The notes under the pieces are model-generated. The model was given only the letters and a program-made list of their open reading frames with translations, was not told where the DNA came from and searched no databases. Below are positions 25,570-36,699 of a DNA stretch of 64,000 nt, piece after piece. Every line of letters starts with the position of its first letter. Positions within the stretch are counted from its first letter, which is position 1. The position numbers and the translations under genes are program-made. The stretch covers positions 1 through 64,000 of the forward strand of contig JAUCBJ010003987.1 in assembly GCA_032718475.1 (NCBI GenBank), written 5' to 3'. Source of the DNA: Nemertoderma westbladi. Its lineage: Eukaryota > Animalia > Xenacoelomorpha.

Positions 25570-26462
25570 AGTGGCTGAAGGTGAGGCTGTGGCTGAAGGT
25601 GAGGCTGTGGCTGAGGGTGAGGCTGTGGCTGTGGCTGAAGGTGAGGCTGTGGCTGAGGGTGAGGCTGTGGCTGTGGCTGTGGCTGTGGCTGTGGCTGTGG
25701 CTGTGGCTGTGGCTGAAGGTGAGGCTGTGGCTGAGGGTGAGGCTGTGGCTGTGGCTGTGGCTGTGGCTGAGGCTGTGGCTGTGGCTGTGGCTGTGGCTGT
25801 GGCTGTGGCTGTGGCTGAAGGTGAGGCTGTGGCTGAGGGTGAGGCTGTGGCTGTGGCTGTGGCTGTGGTTGTGGCTGTGGCTGTGGTTGTGACTGTGGCT
25901 GTGGCTGTGGCTGAGGCTGAGGCTGTGGCTGTGGCTGTGGCTGTGGCTGTGGCTGAAGGTGAGGCTGAGGGTGAGGCTGTGGCTGTGGCGTTGTGGCTGT
26001 GGCTGTGGCTGTGGCTGTGGCTGTGGCTGTGGCTGTGGCTGTGCTGTGGCTGTGGCTGTGGCTGTGGCTGTGGCTGTGGCTGTGGCTGTGGCTGTGGCTG
26101 TGGCTGTGGCTGTGGCTGTGGCTGTGGCTGTGGCTGTGGCTGTGGCTGTGGCTGTGGCTGTGGCTGTGGCTGTGGCTGTGGCTGAAGGTGAGGCTGTGGC
26201 TGAGGGTGAGGCTGTGGCTGTGGCTGTGGCTGTGGCTGTGGCTGTGGCTGTGGCTGTGGCTGTGGCTGTGGCTGTGGCTGTGGCTGTGGCTGTGGCTGTG
26301 GCTGTGGCTGTGGCTGAAGGTGAGGCTGTGGCTGAGGCTGTGGCTGTGGCTGTGGCTGTGGCTGTGGCTGTGGCTGTGGCTGTGGCTGTGGCTGTGGCTG
26401 TGGCTGTGGCTGTGGCTGTGGCTGTGGCTGTGGCTGTGGCTGTGGTTGTGGCTGAGGCTGTG
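25570..26462. repeat. (GCTGTG)n hexamer microsatellite with interspersed GAAGGTGAG/GAGGGTGAG units
   Basis: Directly visible, ~900 bp, in the middle of the Polinton-like element. Confidence 0.97.
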
Positions 26463-27344
26463 TCTCAGTGCCTCACTCCCCCACTCGTTTAACAGTACAG
26501 GCTAAAGCCATTCTTTAGATGCTGGAGGGGAATCTGGTTTGCATTGGATAACTTGATTAGTGAGTATATCTACATTTGGGAGATAGTGCGCTGTCTTATG
26601 AGTAAAAGCCAAGAGAGTAGTCCTTGGGTTCGCTCTTCTTAACTTTACAATATAACTTAACCCTTATTTAAAGTTTTAAAAAATATTTCTTAGTCGAGTA
26701 ATTTTCTGAAATATATTATAGAAATTTCATGAATAAATAGACCTAACAGTAATAATTGTTGTGAATAAATAGTCCTAATACTAATATTAAAGGAAGTCAA
26801 ACAAACAAATAAATTTCATCAGCATCGTCCTACGCATGCAAATACTGTATGAGAGTTCCACATAATAGGATCTCGACAATTAATAACCAACTTTTCTGAC
26901 TTTGTGGTGGCTCTCCTTTCATAGACACAGAAGTGTTAGTTGCTTTGGTAAGTAATCATTCTCATTAGTTAGTGATTGTAGTTTGGAAAGTGCTTCCCGC
27001 GCGCAATCTGTATCATCAATAGAAAACGCATAAACATATCGTCGATCGGAAATTTCTAATATGTCACAGTTATAGGCAGTATAAATCTTTATTCGTTCTG
27101 AAATTATTTCTTCATAGTCATCAACGCTGGCGCCAAGGCAGATGGTGGTGGCTTCCTTTACCTGATTGTCTAGTGCTTCCTAACCTGTATAATTCAACAA
27201 AGTTTAAAGTTTTTACTGTGTGTGTCTTTTTCATAGCCTATGTTAAATCAAATTACATTCATGTAACTATTGTAACATTTATATTATAAAATGGATATGG
27301 TGAGGGATTGAACTTATTGTTACTTGATTTATTTACCTTGTCAA

Positions 27345-27659
27345 TTAATCCCATGCTTCTTCTCTCCATTCTTTTTCTATGCCCCACGCTTCTTTCGGCC
27401 ATTCAACGCTAGGGTTTTCGGTTTTGATTTGTTCTTCTTCTTTTCTTTTTTCGTGAATGGACTTCCCATTTCGATACTGACAGTATCTTAAATGGTATTG
27501 TTTTTCTGCCTCGGGAAAGTAATGGCATTGGATGTTCGGGCATTGAACTATTTTTTCACCTGGATAATTTCTTCTACATTTTCTTAAATGTTTGATAAAT
27601 CTTTCTACATGGATTCTGTGGGTTGTTTCATATGGGCATATTATATACTCATTATCCAT
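27345..27659 (-). CDS. GTSF1: Miniature GTSF1/Asterix (gametocyte-specific factor 1)-like protein, 104 aa, carried by the Polinton-like element
   Basis: Two tandem U11-48K-type CHHC fingers with exact C-x5-H-x9-H-x3-C spacing (C8/H14/H24/C28 and C40/H46/H56/C60). CPY..H.I..RF..HL.KCR.N.P matches GTSF1 finger 1. Acidic Trp-rich tail ends EEAWD. AATAAA lies ~12 nt after the stop (27328-27333, minus strand). The symbol denotes family homology, not orthology. Confidence 0.88.
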   Translation of the reverse strand: MDNEYIICPYETTHRIHVERFIKHLRKCRRNYPGEKIVQCPNIQCHYFPEAEKQYHLRYCQYRNGKSIHEKRKEEEQIKTENPSVEWPKEAWGIEKEWREEAWD

Positions 27660-28311
27660 TATAAAAAGTATATGATAAACTATATTGTATTTTATATTGT
27701 ATATTATAAAATTGTTAATTTAATTACTAATAATAATTATTACCTTAGTGAATATTGAATGAATATAGTGAATATTGAATGAATATAGAGAAGTGGTTTA
27801 TTATATTATATTAAAGTAATACTCAATCTAAGGCTTATTTATCGACAAATAAATTTATTATAATATATTAACATTTGATGTATTTTATTTTTTAGATTTA
27901 CCAAAATCACGCACTATAATAGAATAATAACTAACTAACTTATCCATCACCATCACAACAGAATAATAACAATAAAAGTTCGAAAGTACACCCTGCATCC
28001 TATGTGTAGCCTTGTATGGGCATATACAGTAATATAATCACTGTTATCCATAGTATCAAAAAGACAAACTTAACTTGAAAGAAAACTTAACTTGATAGAA
28101 AACTTAGTTTAAGTGAGGATTTAATTTAAAAAACTTTGAAAACTTCACTTTAACGTTTTTTAGAGATAATGATTTAACTTTACATGATTTTTATTTATAT
28201 AGAAAGGTCCACCTTAACATTTCAAACAAGGCCGTAGTTTTCGGCATGGCATGCGTGAAGGATTATGCATTACTTCAAACAATAAAACTATAGTATCTAG
28301 TATAGAGATGG

Positions 28312-29013
28312 TTGAGGATTAATTTGACATATGGTTTTTGGGTACTGGCTTTGTCACTGAGCTAATACTTGGAGTGTGCGATTAGGCGCGCAGGCTGCTT
28401 CACAGCACAATGTGAAAGAATGCAATCTATTGCAAAACCAGATGTTTATTGTAATTTCTCGGGCGATTTGACAATGGTCTACATGATAACGAAGCTGGAG
28501 GTTTAAATAATTTAAACTTTCGTGGCAACCCCATGTTGGTATACAGTATAACTCAACATAGGATTCAATGGGATTAGTCATGCTACATCTAATAAGAGCC
28601 CAAACAGCCACAGATTATTGAGGGGCTGAGCCAGGACCAAACTGGCCCATTTCATTTTCGTGTGAGGCTAATTTATGTTTTGGGCCCCGCTCGCTTCTTT
28701 ATATTTCATTCTATCATTCTACTGTACGACAAAAATAATACAAATGTACTGTATATTGTATTATCTGTTCCTATTGTATTGTATATTTTATCTACTGTAG
28801 TACAATCTATTCATCGCGCGTCCCTATCTGATTGATTTGTGTCAAATTAAATTGCCTTTGGCAACATTATTTGATACAAATCGATCGATTAAACAATTAA
28901 TTAATTGTTTAATCGACCAATTAATTAATTGTTTAATTAATTAATGACCTACTTAACACCCAAGGTGCAAAGTGGGTCCAACTGTCGCCGAAGAGGGCGT
29001 TCATCTTACTACT
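28312..29013 (-). repeat. Right terminal inverted repeat of the Polinton-like element
   Basis: Mirror of 23692-24390. Confidence 0.95.
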
Positions 29014-29419
29014 AACACTATCTATAAATCTTCATCCATATTACCTCTTCAGCTACTATACAATCACCAAACCGCTTCACTTGTGTATGATCTTAAGATT
29101 TTCAAAAAATATCTCACAGCTACTCCACTCGCTTGGCTACCACCTCTGGGTTCATAGTGGCTTCATAGTCACCATCTGGAACTCGATCCCTGCTGATATC
29201 AAGTAACTAAATCGTCCACCTTGGTGGTATTTAAAAAAAAAAACAAACAATTTAATTAATTATTAATTAATTAGGTTCCACTAGCTCTGCTATATTACCT
29301 GGGTCTTTGCCGTTAACTAACTAATACTCACCATTTCATTTCATAACGCTAAGTGCAATTAATATTTGGTTGTAAGTGAAGGAAATCAATAAAGTTACAA
29401 AGTTAGAAAGTTAAAACAT

Positions 29420-30413
29420 GAATGAGAGACTGAATCATAGGCCCTGAAGAAGTCAACAAAGAAAACAGCCACATGCCTGTCTTTCTTTTTTGATAATTCT
29501 AATTATTCTTCTAAGTGCCAAAATGGGCTCCATGGTCCCACGACCTTTACGGAACCCATTCTGATTTCCACGGAGCAGTCTCTCAATGGGATCCCTGATG
29601 CGATTTAATAGAATTCTATTGTATAGCTTTGCAGCAATCGAGATAAATGAGATTCCCCGAAAAGAATCATAGGGTGTTAGGTTGCCCTTCTTGGAAACTG
29701 GCACCAACTTATTAGTTTTCATTTCTTTTGGGACTCTTGTTGTTCGGTACATGTCTTCTATGATGGGATAATTGGAGCTCCAAACTCTCAGTTATTTTAA
29801 AAACCTCTTGGTGGTTAGTTGGCTTTTCAGCTGGGATGAATGAGCTCCAAACACTCTGGTATTTTAAAGACCTCAGGGGGATCATCTAATCCACTGTCAC
29901 GATTGGTCTTAATGCTCTTTGCAGCAGCCTTCACTTCAGCAAAGGAGATATCACCAATAATGGGAATATCTGGAAGTACAGATACAGACAATTTAATTAT
30001 ATAAAGTTATCAGGCAATACCCTGTCATTATTGAGGAGCTTTTCAAAGTGGGCCTTCCAACCATTGTGGCGATTGGTGGTGATTCAGCCTTAACCTTGGT
30101 GGTTGGTTAGTTTTTCCGCTCACTCAGCAAGTTGATCGATTTCCATGCCTGGGATGATTGCCTGATGTCATCAGCATCATCGATGGCATCAACCTGTTGG
30201 TGTAAAGGCTCCTGTAGATTAACAGATTAATGCCTGTTCAGGGACCTAGAAGCAACATTCTCCAATACGCAGAGGAGCCTTTGGGCCTCCTCTCTTGTGA
30301 TTCTGACAGTACCCCTAAGTCATCAGCAAAGTCTAGATCAGTAAGGTAATTTACTGGATTTCCTCTACTTCTTGTGCAAGTAGGGGGTGTTACCATCACC
30401 CTATCATCATTAA
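29420..30413 (-). mobile_element. Degenerate RTE-type retrotransposon fragments
   Basis: KKGNLT..SFRGIS..AAKLYNRILLNRI..NQNGFRKGR at 29453-29752. YLTDLDFADDL at ~30310-30350 continues the RT broken at 33725. Confidence 0.85.
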
Positions 30414-33400
30414 TGGTATTATATAGTAGTTATATAACCAACAAGGCAGATAGGACACAGGGACAGGTATAATCCTGTAATCAATGGTACTTGGTATCCA
30501 GTAATGTCCAGTGTGTTATTTATTCTAACACTAACATTCGCCAGCATGGAGTTCGACGGTGAAGCTACTCTAATTGAGAAGGATACCATACTCACCTGCA
30601 CTCCGGACAGACTGGGCACTTTTCCATAGATTACTTACTGGCTAAAGTTGGGTTAGCGCGTTATATTAATTTTTTCTCCATTGACTGCCCCAACGAGTAT
30701 TCTAAACACAGTATTTTAACGATTGGTTTTGCTAACAAGACCGTCTCTACCAGTTCTTTAGGAAATTTACTTGTAACGCCAAATGTGGTTGCTGGCTTAG
30801 GTATGGATAATCCTATTAATGACGGCAATGGTAATGATCCAAATACAGCTACAATACTTAAGAAAGTTTGGAATACTCGTTCTGAAAGTAAGTTTTGTCA
30901 TGTTTTGGAATCACCCAAAGTTGTGTCTGAACTAGACTCCCTTCTGGATGCTGCTATCGACGGCAAATACTCACAATCAAAGGTTAATAGTTTAGTAAAT
31001 AAATTTACGGACATTGTAAATGACGTTTGTAGTAAAAGCACAGATGTAAAGACGCCCCCTGGCGGTACTGATGCAAATTTACCGCAATCTCATCACCCCT
31101 GGTTCAATGAGTTATGCCGCAATCAAAAATAATTTTCAGACAGGCTCTAAACCGTTTTAAAACTGACCCTGGTGATGTTACGTATAGTCATCTTGCACGA
31201 GCAAGAGGTACATATGCAAAATCCCTCAGGAGCGCTAAGTTTATTTACAACCGACAGGCATCCAATAAGTTAGCGGAATATCGTGAGGCCGACTCTAAGA
31301 AATTTTGGAAATTACTGATGGCGGCTTCGGGAAATTCTGCAGACTATGAGGGCTGCAATTTGAATGTGCTGTCTGAACACTTTCGTAAGATTAATGCTGG
31401 GAATGACTTCGTCTTTGTAGATGCGGGCACTCAGGCTAAACCTACATTAGAGTTTTCTGAGAGTAAAGTTATTTTTGATAATATGCTGGGTGACGCCATT
31501 ACCGAGAACGAAGTACTTGACGTCATTGGCAAGCTTAAACGTGGCAAATCCCCAGGCCCTGACAACTGTGGTCCGGAAGTTTTTATAGTTGGTTCTAAAC
31601 ATCTCGTAACTGTATTAACTGCAATATTTAATGCAGTGTTGTCGTCTAGTTATTATCCGGAACAGTGGGGACTGGCAAACATTATAGCATTATATAAGGG
31701 TAAGGGCGGTACCGATGATCCGACAACTTTAGGGGGATCTCTTTACTAAATGTCCTAGGCAAAATTTTCACAACTATACTTAATAATAGGTTACAGTGGT
31801 GGGCCGACTGTTTTGGTGTAATTATTGAGGCGCAGGCTGGGTTTAGACATGGGTACAGTACAATAGATCAATTATTTATTCTTAAAACAATAATTAACCA
31901 TAAACTTAACAACGGTCGCATAAAAAACTATATTGTGCGTTTATTGATTTTCAAAAGGCGTTCGACTCTATAAATAGGTTGCGCTATGGTGTAAGCTAAT
32001 AGCGCTGGGATTTTCGGGTAAAGTACTAAAAATTATCCAAAGTATGTATGCTGCGGCTAAATCTAGGGTTAGAGTACTGGGTGCATTTTCTACAGAGTTT
32101 GAATGTCTGGTTGGAGTGCGGCAAGGTGAGTGCCTCTCTCCTCTACTGTTCGCACTGTTCATAAATGATCTTGAATCAGAGTTATCTGGCAGGGGAGTTG
32201 AAGGTATTGATGTTGGTGTTTTAAAACTCTTCCTTTTATTGTACGCTGACGACGTAGTACTTATTAGCAATTCTGTAAATGGCCTCCAGATGGCGCTTGA
32301 CGTTCTTGGCGATTACTCTAGGTATTGGGGCTTAAATGTTAATATAAAAAAATCCAAGATTATTGTATTCCGTAAAGGTGGAGTGCTAGCCGGGCATGAG
32401 GAGTGGATGTTCCAGGGGAATGTGTTGGAGGTCGTTGGGTCATATACATACTTAGGTATAGCTTTTTGCACTGGGGGTAGCTTTAATTATGCGCAGTCTT
32501 TATTAGCGGAAAAGGGTATGAAGGCATACTTTGCAACGTTAAAGTACTTACACAAGTTCCCAAATATTTCGTTCGAACTTAAACTGCATATATTCAACAC
32601 ACTCGTAAGGCCTGTTCTCGAGTATGGTAGTGAGGTATGGGGATTTAACTCTGCGCACCACTGCGAACGTGTACAGCTTAAATTTTTGAAGTATATGTTA
32701 GGGATTAAATCGAGCACTCCTGATTGTTTAGTGTATGGTGAATCAGGAGTATTTCCCTTGTTTATATCTAGGCGTACCCGTATTATTAAATATTGGATGA
32801 AAATTCTAGGGTTGCCAGACTCCCGCTTAGTGAAACAGGCTTACCTTTTACTGTTGGAAGACTCGGAAAAACATGGGACAACTAACTGGGTCTCGAATGT
32901 CGAATGGCGCAGGACTAAACTACATATGGGATAATCAATTTGTTCCCGATTCTAAAATACTTATAAGTCAGCTATCGCAAATAGTAAAAGATAATTTCAT
33001 TCAAACATGGTGGACTAATTTAGCTAGTACCTCACGTAGTTTGTGGTATGTTAAACACTCGTTTGGTATGGAGCAGTATCTAAACTATATGAGTGGTTAC
33101 CCAACCCTGCGTCGGACATTAACAAAGTTGAGATGTTCGTCTCACCGTCTGCAGGTCGAGCTCGGTCGTTGGCACAATATTCCGCGTGGCGAGAGATTGT
33201 GCCAACTTTGCGATCTGGGGGAGGTTGAGGACGAATACCATTTCGTGTTGAAGTGTCCGCTTTATAAATCCCTGCGGGAGAAATTTCTTCCCGCTAAATA
33301 CACAAGATTACCTACAATTGGTAAATTATTTGAGTTATTAGCTTTACCATCTCAGAACAAAACAAAACAATTAAGCATATATGTTTTTAAGGCATTTAAA

Positions 33401-33724
33401 CGTCGGTCTGAATTCCTACCTTGAAAGTATTATATAAATTAGAGCTACTACCGCAGTTTTCATTTATTAATTCCATAATTATTAATGTAAGCCTAGTAGA
33501 TATTATGTGTTATTATAAAAGTCTGGTATTGTATAATAATATTAGTTATAAATTGAAATTGATTGGGTTTTCACGGTTTCTTTTTTCGGTACCTATGCAT
33601 ACATTATAACCTACTGTATGTTCATTATTATGTTAAGTATTCTGTGCACAATCTGAACCGGGCAATTTTCAACTATAGCGCTTTGTGCGCATGTTGTTAT
33701 GAAAATATTAATAATAATAATAAT
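30414..33724 (+). mobile_element. 5'-truncated non-LTR retrotransposon (RT + C-terminal CCHC; possibly RTEX-like) with several frameshifts
   Basis: KSPGPD, QAGFR, IDFQKAFD, GVRQGECLSP, LLYADD, YLG, C-terminal CQLC...EDEYHFVLKC. (AAT)n tail. Flanking ATTAA duplication at 30409-30413 and 33725-33729. Confidence 0.9.
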
Positions 33725-34420
33725 ATTAAGATGGTCTAAGGACATGCGTAGAATATAATCAACTACAATGACAAATACGAATGGTGCAATGGTGAATGGA
33801 TCTGTGACACCATCAGCAGTAGACACAAATGTGGTGGAACAATCGTACAGTGATCTGATAGCTGCAATAATTTCCTCATGAATCCCATATTGTGCCAGAA
33901 TGCTTTAACATACCTAGTTGGGAGACTGAGTCGAAGACTTTACGTACAGAAATGAATAAAGATAATAGCCAGATGTCTGTCTTTATTTGTTGATAACTCT
34001 TTGATTATCTTTCTAAGTGCCAGAATAGACTCCATGGTCCCACGACCTTTAGGGAACCCATTTTGGTTCCCATGTACCAGTCTCTCAACAGGATTCCTGA
34101 TGTGATTTAATATAATTCTGTTGTATAGCTTTGAAGCAATCGAGATTAATGAGATTCCACGAAAAGATCCATGGGTTGTTAGGTTTCCTTTCTTTGGGAC
34201 CAACTTATTTGTTTTCAGTTCTTGAGAGACTTTCTTTGTCCTATACATGTCCTTAATATTGGGGTGAATGAGCTTCAAGCATTTATGAAATTTAAAGACC
34301 TCAGGGGGCACTCTACTCCCCTGGCATGATTGGTCTTGATGCTCATAGCTACAATCTTGATTTCAGAAAAGGAGATGTCACCAATTGGGATATCTGTGAG
34401 CACAGACTCAGATGAAGATG
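33725..34420 (-). mobile_element. Degenerate RTE-type RT (upstream half of the interrupted copy)
   Basis: KKGNLT..SFRGISL..NQNGF; IAPFVFVIVVDYILRMSLDHLN joins to 30413. Confidence 0.85.
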
Positions 34421-34934
34421 TACCTCAATGGATGGATGATTATATCATGATCATAACCCTCCAAAAATTAGGGTAAACTATACAAGCATAATATCGCACA
34501 CCATACATAGCTTTGCTGCTCCGACACTTATGCCCGCCGTGGCCAAAATATTCCACATTTACAATCCTCCTCTCTTACCTATTAAGCTCAGGAATGTCAC
34601 AGAATATGACGACTTTAAAACTCAACTGAAAACACTATTTTTTAGAGCTTCCTTCAGTAAAATGTTGTCTAAAATTCAACTTTTGTATGAACTAATTATT
34701 TTTTACATTACAGACTGTTTTTATTTATTTATTATTCATATATAATAATTATTTTTAAATACATCAACCGAATTAAAATTGGCATTTGGTATTAACATGG
34801 CTATTATCCCTGTCTGATAAATCGAAAATTAATAATTTATAGAACAGATAAATGTAATGATTTAAATTTTAAGATTACAAGGGAAGGGCAACAATAAAAA
34901 TAAAAACAGTTGTTTTGTGAGGGTGAACACATAA

Positions 34935-36203
34935 TTAAATGCTGATTTTCATTTCAATTCTTTCTGCAGGATCTACAGCAGTGAACTCCAGCCACCATGG
35001 CCCATGCTGCCCGCCAGCACCATATATCCCATTCAAATTTGCATGCGAACAACTCTTGTACCACCAAGCGCCTCTGAAATGCACAGCACAGTTATCAAAA
35101 CCATATTCATCATTGTCCCGATCCTTTGTGGTAAAGGACTGACCATCTAACCAATCAGGGTGAGAGGGGCCACTTATTAACATAGCATTCCCTGCAGTCC
35201 CTTGGTATCCTGCAATTCTTAAAGTATAAGTTGTGCTTTCCGAACCAACTCGGAATAAAGAATATTCCGCGAATCCATATTTCCCCCTATACCAGATATC
35301 CACTCTCAGTTTAACCCCTCCAGCAGTAAGATTGTGTATGGTATCCAACCCTAACCAAAATTCGTTGCTAACATCACCGAATCCAGACTTATAATACGCC
35401 CACTCCCGATAAAAGTCCATGGCTCCATTAATTCTCCTCTGAATCACCAACCATGGACCACCTGGGACCATGGTGTCACATCTGATTAAACCATTTAGGC
35501 CATAATCACTACTGTAGATTCTAATTGTATTATTCAGTTGATAATTGTGACAAAGATTATTTGGAGGAACTCCTAGTGCCATAATTATTGCTTCCTTTTG
35601 TTCATCAATCTTACCAATGAATTCATTTGATTGTTCATTAACTTTCCCATCAAATATGTCACTTAGTTCATTAAGTGTATTTCTCAAGGTTTCAGTATTC
35701 GTACTAATGTTATAAGTAAATTCATTTATATTTACCTTCACCACATCATGGAATATTTTTGAATGATGAATTAGATTACTATATACTATATCATTGTGGT
35801 CTTCGACGTTTGCGTTAAAGTTGCTAGTTAGATAATCTAGTTGCTCACCTATTGTCTCTTCTTTATCCTTTAGACTGTCAGCAAATTTATCCAACTTCAT
35901 TATGATTTCTATTTGGTTATTTATCATGAAAAAAGAAATCCTTGCCAAGGCAGCCATCACAACTAGTAGTCCAATAAGTGTTATAATTATAATTATCCAC
36001 TTGCATTTTGTTGGATTTCTCTGAGCAATTTTCTCACCCTCAGTTTTGAGTGTTCCTTCACTGATTATCGGATCCGGCACATCATATACGGAATATACGC
36101 CTTCTTCAATAACTGATGGCTTTTGTTTACCCATCAATGTTAACTCATAAACAGGATTAGTCAACTTAACTGCATCATCATTTATTTTTAGAGAAGTTGC
36201 CAT
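34935..36203 (-). CDS. Type-II transmembrane FReD receptor, copy 2 (422 aa), intronless
   Basis: Cytoplasmic N-terminus, single TM (WIIIIITLIGLLVVMAALA), helical stalk, FReD (WLVIQRR, GFGD...EFWLGL, FTTKDRDND, GAWWY..C..ANLNG, EMKI). Confidence 0.93.
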   Translation of the reverse strand: MATSLKINDDAVKLTNPVYELTLMGKQKPSVIEEGVYSVYDVPDPIISEGTLKTEGEKIAQRNPTKCKWIIIIITLIGLLVVMAALARISFFMINNQIEIIMKLDKFADSLKDKEETIGEQLDYLTSNFNANVEDHNDIVYSNLIHHSKIFHDVVKVNINEFTYNISTNTETLRNTLNELSDIFDGKVNEQSNEFIGKIDEQKEAIIMALGVPPNNLCHNYQLNNTIRIYSSDYGLNGLIRCDTMVPGGPWLVIQRRINGAMDFYREWAYYKSGFGDVSNEFWLGLDTIHNLTAGGVKLRVDIWYRGKYGFAEYSLFRVGSESTTYTLRIAGYQGTAGNAMLISGPSHPDWLDGQSFTTKDRDNDEYGFDNCAVHFRGAWWYKSCSHANLNGIYGAGGQHGPWWLEFTAVDPAERIEMKISI

Positions 36204-36699
36204 TTATCTGATGTTATGTTTTTCTCCAATATATGTGTTTCTAGTACTTGATACACTTAACTACATTCCTATGAACAAGTTTTATTTCAAATTATAGTAA
36301 TAGTGCTTAATTCAGAAATGATAGATATCTAAATTTATGAGGAATGTACTGGTTGTATTGCAGTAGGCCATGGACTGACTGGGGAATAACGCAATTAGTT
36401 GGTGATAATATACGTCATTCTTATGCCAACTGATTACTGCTATTCTGCTGTCAGAAGTAAAGAAGTACTGCCACTGGTAGCTGACTTTTAGATTTCTTCT
36501 GGGATACCTTCATTTGCAGTAGACAAGGAACCAAAATTTAATCAAAAAGTTTAATCATAAAAAAGTAAATACTTACTGGTACTTTAGAGAGCTGCAGGCT
36601 ATAAAGTTCTTTAATGTTCTTAAATATTTTTTCATATTTATTTTTTTCCTTTTATTTTCATATTTAAAATATCTCAACCACCAATTTCCCTTTGCTTCA

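Larger units (their letters stand above)
23692..29013. mobile_element. Non-autonomous Polinton/Maverick-like element (5322 bp)
   Basis: Begins AGTAGTAAG and ends CTTACTACT. ~700-bp TIRs. Perfect 6-bp TSD AACACT at 23686-23691 and 29014-29019. These are the Polinton hallmarks (AG...CT termini, short terminal tandem repeat, long TIRs, 6-bp TSD). No pPolB, integrase or capsid ORF is present. Confidence 0.88.

Noticed and set aside
25517-26505. ORFs encoding poly-(VA), (WL) or (CG) proteins
   Set aside because: Stop-free frames of the (GCTGTG)n microsatellite; no evidence of coding.
23692-29013. LTR retrotransposon or simple inverted segmental duplication
   Set aside because: The repeats are inverted rather than direct, lack TG...CA ends, and terminate sharply at AGTAGT with a 6-bp TSD, which indicates integrase-mediated insertion of a TIR element.
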